A DNA stretch of 47,630 nucleotides, taken from NCBI GenBank assembly GCA_030591725.1, contig JAUVAN010000002.1:1-47630 (forward strand), in the 5' to 3' direction. This document shows, one piece after another, positions 1 through 7,502 of this stretch; position 1 is the stretch's first letter, and each line of letters starts with the position of its first letter. A program made the translations under genes and the position numbers. The notes beneath the pieces were generated by a model. That model was not told where the DNA came from. It saw nothing but the letters and a program-made list of their open reading frames with translations, and did not search any database. This DNA comes from Deltaproteobacteria bacterium (GTDB lineage Bacteria > Myxococcota_A > Polyangia > JAAYKL01).

Positions 1-459
1 CGGTCCAGGCGGTGCCGTCGCCTGCGGTGTTCTCCCACCAGGTGATTTCGTCGGAGCTGACGGCCGCGCCGAGCACATCCATGTCGCCGTCTCCATCAAC
101 GTCCGCTGCGTATACCGATGTGGTGCCGTCGAATGCCCCATCAACCGTGTGCTCGGTCCAGGCGGTGCCGTCACCTGCAGTGTTCTCCCACCAGGAGATG
201 TCATCGGCGCCTGACGCCGCGCCGAGAACGTCCATGTCGCCGTCTCCGTCAACGTCCGCTGCGTATACCGAACGGGCCCCGTCAAAGAAATTATCCACCG
301 TGTGCTCGGTCCAGGCGGTGCCGTCGCCCGCAGTGTTCTCCCACCAGGTGATGTCAGAGGCTAATGCCGCCGCGCCAAGTACGTCCATGTCGCCGTCCCC
401 GTCAACATCTGCCGCGTATAAAGAATGGGCGCCATTGAATGCCCCATCCACTGTGTGCT
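1..459 (-). repeat. Three tandem 153-nt (51-codon) units encoding the FG-GAP blades
   Basis: Units start at 1, 154 and 307 (cggtccaggcggtgccgtc.cc.gc.gtgttctcccaccagg.gat...). They are highly similar at nucleotide level. A degenerate fourth unit follows to about 480. Confidence 0.8.
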
Positions 460-1057
460 CGGTCCAGTTCGGAGCCGAAGTACAAATCGGATCGCACGCC
501 ACTCCAGTGCATCCACCCGGGCAATTCGTGCACCAGGAATCCGTTGTATCGTATTCGCAAATGGCGTCGATTGCGCAATCCTCCACCATTATCCAGCCAC
601 CCGGCACGATGCTTCCGTTGCATAGCTCGCTTGTTCCGCTGCAGTACTGGATCGTGTCCTGCTCCTGTGCGTCGGCGCCGCAAATGGCGCCGGTGCAGGA
701 GTATGCGGTCGTCACATCGCAGGGATATGTGGACGGATGGTATAGGCTGGTCGACGTATCGCAGCAGACTCCGCTTGTGCAGTCCGTGGGGGTGGAGCCA
801 TCCGGCCCGGCGTCATAATCGGTATCAGTGTCGGTGTCAGTATCCGTATCAGTGTCTGTATCTGTGTCGGTGTCAGTGTCTGTATCCGTGTCGGTGTCAG
901 TGTCTAGATCCGTGTCGGTGTCTGTATCGGAATCCGTGTCCGTATCGGTATCGGTGTCGCCATCGGTCGTGCCGCCGTCGTCGCCACCCGACGAGTCGCC
1001 CGAGCACCCGGCGCAAACCAGCGCGGTTGCCAGCACCATTAAGAGCAGGTACCTCAT
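1..1057 (-). CDS. FG-GAP/VCBS-repeat surface lipoprotein with Asp-Thr tract; 3' end runs off the left edge (not in the supplied ORF track)
   Basis: My reverse-strand translation from ATG 1057..1055 reads MRYLLLMVLATALVCAGCSGDSSGGDDGGTTDGDTDTDTD...DYDAGPDGSTPTDCTSGVCCD..., followed by a Cys-rich segment. It then shows repeats of the form WTEHTVDGAFDG..SVYAADVDGDGDMDVLGAA...ITWWENTAGDGTA. I checked the frame codon by codon and it is open from 1057 to position 2. The N-terminus is a signal peptide plus Cys. DxDGDGxxD with WWEN is the FG-GAP/VCBS signature. Confidence 0.8.
   Translation of the reverse strand, partial: MRYLLLMVLATALVCAGCSGDSSGGDDGGTTDGDTDTDTDTDSDTDTDTDLDTDTDTDTDTDTDTDTDTDTDTDTDTDTDYDAGPDGSTPTDCTSGVCCDTSTSLYHPSTYPCDVTTAYSCTGAICGADAQEQDTIQYCSGTSELCNGSIVPGGWIMVEDCAIDAICEYDTTDSWCTNCPGGCTGVACDPICTSAPNWTEHTVDGAFNGAHSLYAADVDGDGDMDVLGAAALASDITWWENTAGDGTAWTEHTVDNFFDGARSVYAADVDGDGDMDVLGAASGADDISWWENTAGDGTAWTEHTVDGAFDGTTSVYAADVDGDGDMDVLGAAVSSDEITWWENTAGDGTAWT
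818..966 (-). repeat. Asp-Thr dipeptide tract (codon-level imperfect repeat) inside the FG-GAP gene
   Basis: The reverse strand reads GAC ACC GAT ACC GAT ACG GAC ACG GAT TCC ..., which translates as DGDTDTDTDTDSDTDTDTDLDTDTDT...DYD. On the plus strand the same DNA gives the spurious SVSVSV ORF 828..1139. Confidence 0.9.
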
Positions 1058-1166
1058 TTGCCTGACCTTTCGTTTTGAAATTGGGAACACTCTAACATTG
1101 ATAGGGAAAGGCAGCTGTAAAAGTTCTGACCAACTCTGAAAAACGATTTCATTTGCTGACGATGAC

Positions 1167-2177
1167 TCAGATGATCGGTCGCAAGACCACGGGCATGAAG
1201 ATCAACACGAAGACCACGATGCAAAGGATCCCGATGCCCCGATGCGTGGGCGAGAGCGTGTCATCGTCGGTGGGAGGATGCTTGAACCCCCGACGGCGGT
1301 GAACGAGCGCGAGTAACCCGCCCAGGAAGATCCACTGCAAGCCGGGCACTGAGGACAAAAAGAGGTTCTCCCCGATCATGCCCCGGTCGACCGCGTTCCA
1401 GGCCTCGTAACCCATGACGCAAAAGCCCAGCCCGAAGAGCGAACGGTGGAACAACCTGGACACTCTGGCGTGGAGGTCGCCGAAGAGCGCATAGAAGATG
1501 TGCCCCCCGTCGAGCTGCCCGATGGGAAACAGGTTGAGCATTGTTACCAGCAAACCCACCCAGCCGGCCCATGCGATGGGATGAAGGATCACGTCGTGAC
1601 CTTCGGGAATGGGCCCGACGACAACCCACTTGATAAACATGTAGAGAATGGATTGCCCTTCCATGAGTCCCTGCGCCGGGATCGGCTCCACCGGGGACAG
1701 GCTCAGCCCCAGGAACAGTGCGGGCACCGCGACGATCATGCCGGCCAGGGGACCGGCGGCGCCGACCTCCATGAGCGCGTTACGAGATCGAATCCTCCCG
1801 CGCATTACAATCAGGGCTCCGAAGGTTCCCAGGAGCATCGGGTACGGCGCGGGGATGAAGTACGGCAACGATGCGTCGACCTTGTTCAGTCGAGCCATGG
1901 TGTAGTGACCGAACTCGTGGGCGAGGAGGATGCCCATCAGGGTAGTCATATAGGCCAGGCCGTTCGCCACGGAATCCGACCAGGCGGACGGTGGAACGCT
2001 CTCTCCGGTGAGCATCGTGTATTTGATGAGCATCGTGTGTTCGATGAGCAGCTGGATCCCGCTGCCCGCAATGAAGACCGTCAACAGAGTTAACAAGAAC
2101 AGGGCGATGTTCAGCGCCGGACCGGACCGTTTTTCCGGCTTTTCCCGACGTTCTTTTTCAGGGGGCGTTTCGCTCAC
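1167..2177 (-). CDS. M50 family site-2 protease (membrane zinc metalloprotease)
   Basis: HEFGHY (HExxH) and LNLFPIGQLDGGH (NxxPxxxLDG) lie within hydrophobic segments. The track ORF extends to GTG 2267. However, GTG 2177 forms a GTGA start/stop overlap with the upstream gene (stop 2176..2174). The true start is either 2177 or 2267. Confidence 0.8.
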   Translation of the reverse strand: MSETPPEKERREKPEKRSGPALNIALFLLTLLTVFIAGSGIQLLIEHTMLIKYTMLTGESVPPSAWSDSVANGLAYMTTLMGILLAHEFGHYTMARLNKVDASLPYFIPAPYPMLLGTFGALIVMRGRIRSRNALMEVGAAGPLAGMIVAVPALFLGLSLSPVEPIPAQGLMEGQSILYMFIKWVVVGPIPEGHDVILHPIAWAGWVGLLVTMLNLFPIGQLDGGHIFYALFGDLHARVSRLFHRSLFGLGFCVMGYEAWNAVDRGMIGENLFLSSVPGLQWIFLGGLLALVHRRRGFKHPPTDDDTLSPTHRGIGILCIVVFVLIFMPVVLRPII

Positions 2178-2629
2178 CTTTCGCCTCGCTCCATCGCCCG
2201 TTTCATTGTTCGAAGCAACGCGTCGATCCGGTGATCCACAGTCACTCCGCAGGCCTCCACCACGCACCCGCCGGAACCGACCGACTGATCTTCCACCACG
2301 CTGAACCCACGGGCTGTCGCGAGATCGTCGATCCGAGAGACGGCACGGTCTTCCGGGTGAACGCGGATGATCGCCGGGCTCAGGTCACCGATCTGCTCCA
2401 TGGCGCGTTCGTATATCCCGTTCAACACGTCGGGATCGGTGGAGATCTTCTCGGCGACGATGCGCGCGGCGATCGCAACCGCGAGATCGATCACCTTGTG
2501 ACGTGATCTGGCGAGGATCTCGCCTGCAAGAGGACCGTCCCTCAGGATCTCCTCGACCTCTTTGTTGGACTCTTCGCCGATTCTCCGAGGCCTCTTCTTC
2601 AGATCCGCCGCCTTGATGATCCTGCCCAT
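2174..2629 (-). CDS. FliH/SctL-family protein (type III secretion / flagellar ATPase stator-like), orphan
   Basis: The C-terminus ...VVEDQSVGSGGCVVEACGVTVDHRIDALLRTMKRAME matches the conserved FliH/YscL C-terminal block (GG..ve...g.iDa.l). The N-terminal half is charged and helical. ATG 2629 is preceded by GGGAGGTGG, and a TGATG overlap joins it to the upstream stop. The track start is TTG 2632. Confidence 0.55.
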   Translation of the reverse strand: MGRIIKAADLKKRPRRIGEESNKEVEEILRDGPLAGEILARSRHKVIDLAVAIAARIVAEKISTDPDVLNGIYERAMEQIGDLSPAIIRVHPEDRAVSRIDDLATARGFSVVEDQSVGSGGCVVEACGVTVDHRIDALLRTMKRAMERGER

Positions 2630-3162
2630 CAACCACCTCCCGCCAGAAACACCCGTATCCTGGAGCGCATCCCACTAGGCTCGCCGGCCTCTACCGTGGC
2701 CTGGGCCAGGCGGGCCATTCGCAGGAATTGCTCACCGTCCCCTGCGGGCAATCTGGCAGCCAGCGCTTCCGCGCCGTCCATGCTGCGGCAGATGGCGATG
2801 GCCAGCGCCGCGAGACCCTTTTCACGATCGCCCACCGTCGCGGGACGCAGGATCGAATCGCCCACGGCCGCTCCTATCTCGGAAATGATACCCGGCTCGT
2901 CCCACACACGGTTCGCCCAGGAAGGCGGCGCGGTGGCCGGCTCTTTTCCCATGGCAGATTCGATGGCGACGGCCATGTCCCGGGGGTCCACACCATCCTC
3001 GATCACTCGGAGGATCTGGTCGGTGGCGGCGATGTTTTCGCGGGACAACACGTTCCAGCGACTCGCGCCGGCTCGATGCCCCCGGGAGTGCGCAACCGCA
3101 GCTGTCACCAGCACGCGACCGCCGCGACCGAGAAGGCGTGATACTGCTTCACGATTGCTCAT
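2629..3162 (-). CDS. Hypothetical soluble protein (177 aa), first of three overlapping cistrons
   Basis: The track ORF 2629..3447 would overlap the PilZ gene by more than 200 nt. The internal ATG 3162 (MSNREAVSRLLGRGG...) removes that overlap. The composition is protein-like, unlike the S/R/P-rich plus-strand shadow ORFs 2696..3175 and 2728..3141. I recognised no motif. Confidence 0.5.
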   Translation of the reverse strand: MSNREAVSRLLGRGGRVLVTAAVAHSRGHRAGASRWNVLSRENIAATDQILRVIEDGVDPRDMAVAIESAMGKEPATAPPSWANRVWDEPGIISEIGAAVGDSILRPATVGDREKGLAALAIAICRSMDGAEALAARLPAGDGEQFLRMARLAQATVEAGEPSGMRSRIRVFLAGGG

Positions 3163-3236
3163 CTGGAGCCCCTGAGTCGGACGAATGCATGGAACGGACG
3201 ATAGGCCAAACGGCGTCAGAACGTCAAACGTTGAAG

Positions 3237-3710
3237 TTACGCCAGTTCGGGGATCAGGTACATTCTCACCGTGTCCTCCAGTACGGGTGGAGGCGGCGCC
3301 ATGTACGGGGACGGGTAGGCGGCGAGTTCCTTTCTCCACTGGATCTCCCGCATCATACCCTCGAGGATCTGCCTGCGGCGATTCTCCAGGAAATCCCCGA
3401 GCAACGAACGATGGGAGCGGGGCATGTTTTCGAAGTGGATCCCACAACCAATGGTTTTTTCGCCCACCGCCTCGAACATGATCCGACCGGTGGCCCAGAT
3501 TGACTCGCTGGCCTCGGGAAGTGGGATCTCCATCTGGATGATCCGAGGACCGCGCCTCCCGGACGTGACCGGCTTCACCGTGTACAACCCCGTGTAACTC
3601 AGGTTGACGATGCTCGCCGCGAACGGGTTCTCTGAAACGATCTCGGTCATGAGCCTGCTCTCTTGCACTCTGAATCTGTCGCGACGGTCAATGGACATAC
3701 TATCCTCCAT
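3237..3710 (-). CDS. PilZ domain protein (c-di-GMP receptor)
   Basis: RRDRFR (RRxxxR) is followed about 25 residues later by NLSYTG (D/NxSxxG). This is the bipartite PilZ c-di-GMP binding signature. Confidence 0.75.
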   Translation of the reverse strand: MEDSMSIDRRDRFRVQESRLMTEIVSENPFAASIVNLSYTGLYTVKPVTSGRRGPRIIQMEIPLPEASESIWATGRIMFEAVGEKTIGCGIHFENMPRSHRSLLGDFLENRRRQILEGMMREIQWRKELAAYPSPYMAPPPPVLEDTVRMYLIPELA

Positions 3711-3721
3711 GAGTGTTTATC

Positions 3722-3742
3722 CTACATTTACCTACAATGTAG
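3722..3742. promoter_or_regulatory. 7-bp inverted repeat CTACATT-N7-AATGTAG in a divergent intergenic region
   Basis: ctacatt (3722..3728) and aatgtag (3736..3742) are perfect complements. They lie between the PilZ start (3710, minus) and the lipoprotein start (3846, plus). This is a candidate operator only. Confidence 0.3.
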
Positions 3743-3845
3743 TCCCGTGGGCGACATCCGTCAAATTATCGACCTTCTCATCTGAAAGAAAAATGTGACT
3801 GACACCGAAAATGGTAAGATGTTTACAGGAGGAGGATCGACGACC

Positions 3846-5189
3846 ATGACTAAAATTGTGCTGAATGGACTATGGATTTCCTGTGTGATGGCGATGCTGT
3901 CAGCGGCCTGTACTACTACTACATTAGACACAGGTGGTAACTCCGACACCGATTCCGACACCGATTCCGACACTGATTCCGATTCCGATTCCGATACCGA
4001 TTCCGATTCCGACACGGATTCCGATACCGATTCCGACACGGATACCTGCCCCGACTCAGATTCAGACGGAGTCTGCGACGACGAAGACATCTGCGACGGC
4101 GGCGATGACAATGTGGACAGCGACGGTGACGGGGTGCCCGATTTTTGCGACAACTGTCCCGGACAGGCTTTCAGTAATAACGACGATCAAGACACTGACG
4201 GCGTTGGTGATTTTTGCGACACCGAAGTCGTCGACACCACTGACCACCTCGTCGTCCCGGACGGTCAAAATCATACCCTCGACGGTGATCTCTGCTACAC
4301 GGGAGACGTCTACATTGCGGGCATGCTCGTAGTTACACCTCATGACGGTGCGAGCACGGGCGGTATACTTTCTATAAAGGCCGAGAATATCTGGCTCGTG
4401 GGAACTGGCGAGATCAATGGCGACTTTGCCGGTGAACTCGGAGGTGGACCATCACTATCTGCCGGCGGAAACGGTGGCTCAGGTTCGGGACAGGGATGTG
4501 GAGGAGGTCCGGGCGCCAACGTCGGGCAAGCCGGCTCGGGCGCAGGTTACGGCGGCTCGGGAGGCCAGCCGCTAGATACATATGGAAGCACTTGCGCCCT
4601 CTGTTCCGGAGACACTTCGTCCCACTGCAAAGGCGCCGTGGGTCTTCCCTACGACACACAGACCGGCGCGGAGATCACCATGGGATCCGGGGGCGGCGCG
4701 GGAGGCAACTCCGCGGGGTGCACCAACGAAGGCGCCCATGGAGGAGCGGGTGGCGCAGCGATCCTCATCCTGGCGAGGGGGGAGGCAGAAATTGAGGGGC
4801 TCATAACTGCCAACGGAGAGCTGCCACCATCAAACACCAGCACCTGCGGCTACAGAGCGGGCGGCGGCGGCGGTTCGGGAGGCGGAATAGTTGTCGTCGG
4901 CGCAACCATCATCGGCGCAGGCGCCATCTCGGCCGACGGAGGGGCGGGCGGCGCAGCTCTCGGCGATGCTTCCGGTGATTGGGCCTGGGGCGGCGGCGGC
5001 GCTGGCGGCGGCAGGGTAAAACTGTTCTCGCCGGCGAGCACCTTCAGCGGAACACTCACGGCTTCGGCAGGCGCCGGTGGAACAGCCACCTCCGGATCGA
5101 GCTGCTACGCCGGTGCGCCGGGTACTGCGGGAACCACCGCGCAAGAAACATCCATTCCGACCGAGTACGCCGATCTCTCCTGCCCCTGA
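3846..5189 (+). CDS. Secreted lipoprotein: Asp-Thr/Ser tract, thrombospondin type-3-like Ca-binding repeats, Gly-rich predicted beta-solenoid
   Basis: ATG 3846 is preceded by AGGAGGAGGA (3828..3837). MTKIVLNGLWISCVMAMLSAAC is a signal peptide plus Cys. CPDSDSDGVCDDEDICDGGDDNVDSDGDGVPDFCDNCP...DQDTDGVGDFCD is TSP3-like. The C-terminal ~300 aa have periodic GGAGG/GGSGG runs alternating with short hydrophobic strands. Confidence 0.7.
   Translation: MTKIVLNGLWISCVMAMLSAACTTTTLDTGGNSDTDSDTDSDTDSDSDSDTDSDSDTDSDTDSDTDTCPDSDSDGVCDDEDICDGGDDNVDSDGDGVPDFCDNCPGQAFSNNDDQDTDGVGDFCDTEVVDTTDHLVVPDGQNHTLDGDLCYTGDVYIAGMLVVTPHDGASTGGILSIKAENIWLVGTGEINGDFAGELGGGPSLSAGGNGGSGSGQGCGGGPGANVGQAGSGAGYGGSGGQPLDTYGSTCALCSGDTSSHCKGAVGLPYDTQTGAEITMGSGGGAGGNSAGCTNEGAHGGAGGAAILILARGEAEIEGLITANGELPPSNTSTCGYRAGGGGGSGGGIVVVGATIIGAGAISADGGAGGAALGDASGDWAWGGGGAGGGRVKLFSPASTFSGTLTASAGAGGTATSGSSCYAGAPGTAGTTAQETSIPTEYADLSCP
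3942..4046 (+). repeat. Asp-Thr/Asp-Ser tract
   Basis: Translates as [35 protein letters not shown]. Other frames give the spurious IPIPTP and SESVSE ORFs 3934..4332 and 3761..4153. Confidence 0.9.
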
Positions 5190-5374
5190 AAAAAGTGACT
5201 GACCCCTGCTCTCTTATCGCTTTTGGGAGCACATGGTGAATCGTCCCCAGAAATGCTTGACATTGTAACACCCTCTCTGCGACGGTGGATTTATTCAATG
5301 CGAACATATTGACTACTGCCAGGATTGAAGCGTCTTACCGCTACCGATTGAACGGTAGGAAGAGGGGAAGAAAA

Positions 5375-6703
5375 ATGAATAGAAGAGCAAAGAAATTAGT
5401 TTTTACCGCATCGCTGCTTGTGTTGGTAGGGATCATGACCAGTGGAGGAGGTTGTGGTTCTGGAGGTTGTGATGAAGACGAGGAATACGAATCCTTTCCT
5501 GAGATTACATTTACAGTGAGCCCTGAGTCTGTGACGCGTCTGGCGTCGGGCGCCGACGAATTGAGGAGGTTTCATCTGGACATAGAAATTACGAGCACCT
5601 TTAACGCAGTAAGCCCTCGCGCCACCACAATCCTTTTCACTCAGGATCCGGAGGGCATTATTTCCGACTACTGGACTTCGCATTCCGATCCTCCCGAGGA
5701 CACGGAATTTACCTATCCCAACATCGTGGCCACGCTGCCGGAACCGTTCGATGTGTCATATCAGGTTGAGTACGACTGTATTGCCGTGGGGACGACCACT
5801 ATCACGGTCGAATGGACCCTCGATTCTCCCGACGAGGATGTCACCGACCACACCAACACCGATACGGTCGAGGTGACCTGCGAACTGTATTCACCGCCCG
5901 ACGGCGGTCCGGACGCAAGTACTGACGAAGGTTGCGATGACGATGTTGAAGGAGAGACAGCGGCGGCACTGGCGGTAGCGCTGAAACTCGGCATCACCGA
6001 AGAAGAGTTTTGTAATTCGGCACTCTTGCGGGTCGTAATAAACCAGATCCTGCACTCGTCGAACAGCGTTCCCTCCAAGCCGACCAACGACGATCAGACT
6101 GAAACCCAGGCCATCGCGCCGGTATCAGCGCCCGTTTCGGGCTCCAAGGCTCTGGAGCTTTTCGGCGCCGAGATCGACGGCAAGGACATGACCGACTTCC
6201 CGTGCGGCGACGGACCCAACGGATACACGATCTGCCCGCCCTCCGCCGGAACGTTCCCATCCGGGGATGCGATCATCGTGTTCAACGTATTGGTTGATGA
6301 CATGCCCCTCGATGACTCGACGAACACCTACCAGTACGGATTTGTATTCGACGAGGACGGCGTCACGGGCAACAACTACATGGCGAGTGTGTCATATCCG
6401 AACGATTTCTTCGACAACACGGATACCTGGTACGTGGCGGAATATTCGCCTTCCGGAGGATGGTCGCTCGCGGCGACAGATGCGACCGGAGGCGGAATGG
6501 TTACGTTCACCACAGACGCTCGCATCATCATCGCGGGCAACGCGATGATCCTGGTCGTTCCCGCCAGTGAGTTTACGGTGGAGTTTCCCTTGTTCCGCGT
6601 GACCAACTTCCGTCACACGGGCGACTGGGGAATCAACGCACCGCACGACTGGGACGGTTGCGTATATCCCGCGGTGGCCGACGGCCTGCACGACTGGTCG
6701 TAG
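5375..6703 (+). CDS. Secreted acidic lipoprotein, no recognisable domain
   Basis: ATG 5375 is preceded by GGAAGAGGGGAAG. MNRRAKKLVFTASLLVLVGIMTSGGGC is a signal peptide plus Cys. The 30 residues of the track ORF upstream of this Met are not signal-like. Confidence 0.6.
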   Translation: MNRRAKKLVFTASLLVLVGIMTSGGGCGSGGCDEDEEYESFPEITFTVSPESVTRLASGADELRRFHLDIEITSTFNAVSPRATTILFTQDPEGIISDYWTSHSDPPEDTEFTYPNIVATLPEPFDVSYQVEYDCIAVGTTTITVEWTLDSPDEDVTDHTNTDTVEVTCELYSPPDGGPDASTDEGCDDDVEGETAAALAVALKLGITEEEFCNSALLRVVINQILHSSNSVPSKPTNDDQTETQAIAPVSAPVSGSKALELFGAEIDGKDMTDFPCGDGPNGYTICPPSAGTFPSGDAIIVFNVLVDDMPLDDSTNTYQYGFVFDEDGVTGNNYMASVSYPNDFFDNTDTWYVAEYSPSGGWSLAATDATGGGMVTFTTDARIIIAGNAMILVVPASEFTVEFPLFRVTNFRHTGDWGINAPHDWDGCVYPAVADGLHDWS

Positions 6704-6719
6704 AGTAGATGTTGTAGAA

Positions 6720-7469
6720 TCAGGATTCCACGCGCACGCAGCGGATCCATCCATTATTGGCATTCGGCCCATCCTGAACATTCCCAAACTCGAATGTGAC
6801 GCCCCATCCCCGCGTGGTATCGTTGGACTGAACAGAGGAGCTGCGGACGGTGGCACCCATACATGTTCCCAATATCGCGGCATCCCAGTAACAACCCAGG
6901 GCTCCAGGACCTTCGGCCCACGTGCAGTCTTCGCAGTAGGTTTCACAAGTATCCAGCGGATGTCCTTCCAGGCAGGCAGGAGACTCGGCGGTAACCCCGC
7001 AAGCGCCGCCCGGAACGTTTTCTTCGCAACCGCAATCGGTGACGCACGTATCCCAGCGAATCAGCGAACGCACTTGATCGATGGTCGGCAATTCCCAGGT
7101 AAATCCACCGAGCGTCAATGCAGCACACAATGAGATCCCGCCCGTCATTGAATCCAACGGCAGGGTCGTCGAGGGATTCTGCCAGCAAAGGCAACTGATG
7201 TCGTCGAACCACATGTCAGCGCCCGTGCAGTCAGTTGGCGGACACTCCTCATCAGTATCGGTGTCGGTATCCGAGTCGGTATCCGAGTCGGTATCTGAGT
7301 CAGTATCCGTATCCGCGTCGGTATCTGAATCCGTGTCGGCGTCCGTATCCGTGTCGGTATCCGTGTCGGTGTCGATATCGCCACTTCCCCCGTCGTCGTC
7401 ATCTCCGCAGCCGGGTAGCACGGCAACTGAACAAGACATCAAAATACAAACAAATAGTAACTTCTTCAT
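6720..7469 (-). CDS. Lipoprotein with Asp-Thr tract and DUF1566 (Lcl C-terminal-like) domain
   Basis: MKKLLFVCILMSCSVAVLPGC is followed by [28 protein letters not shown]... The body contains FTWELPTIDQVRSLI and ends ...GWGVTFEFGNV...GWIRCVRVES (W.LPt..el.sL and vRCVR are typical of DUF1566). The RBS is GAGGAGGG. Confidence 0.7.
   Translation of the reverse strand: MKKLLFVCILMSCSVAVLPGCGDDDDGGSGDIDTDTDTDTDTDADTDSDTDADTDTDSDTDSDTDSDTDTDTDEECPPTDCTGADMWFDDISCLCWQNPSTTLPLDSMTGGISLCAALTLGGFTWELPTIDQVRSLIRWDTCVTDCGCEENVPGGACGVTAESPACLEGHPLDTCETYCEDCTWAEGPGALGCYWDAAILGTCMGATVRSSSVQSNDTTRGWGVTFEFGNVQDGPNANNGWIRCVRVES
7250..7378 (-). repeat. Asp-Thr/Asp-Ser tract
   Basis: Translates as [44 protein letters not shown] on the minus strand. 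It explains the shadow ORFs 7081..7506, 7145..7426 and 7235..7489. Confidence 0.9.
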
Positions 7470-7502
7470 GGATCCCTCCTCATCAATGAAATTATTGAAA
7501 CG

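Noticed and set aside
12-1139. Plus-strand ORFs 12..818, 118..351, 425..625, 439..1065 and 828..1139, with repetitive PSPAVFSHQ / SVSVSV / CRCQ sequences.
   Set aside because: They are shadows of the minus-strand FG-GAP lipoprotein gene. The minus frame is open throughout and gives a canonical signal peptide and repeat signature.
2174-2632. A flagellar or type III secretion locus.
   Set aside because: Only a single FliH/SctL-like gene is present. No ATPase, export apparatus, ring or needle/hook genes occur anywhere in the window, so I treat it as an orphan and not as evidence for a secretion system.
2629-3447. N-terminally extended versions of several track ORFs (2629..3447, 3795.., 5285.., 31409.., ..41679, ..16766, ..24824, ..11508, ..20996, 44767..).
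   Set aside because: The extensions overlap neighbouring genes or precede an internal start that has an RBS and begins a canonical signal peptide or conserved N-terminus. I preferred the shorter models, but the starts remain unverified.
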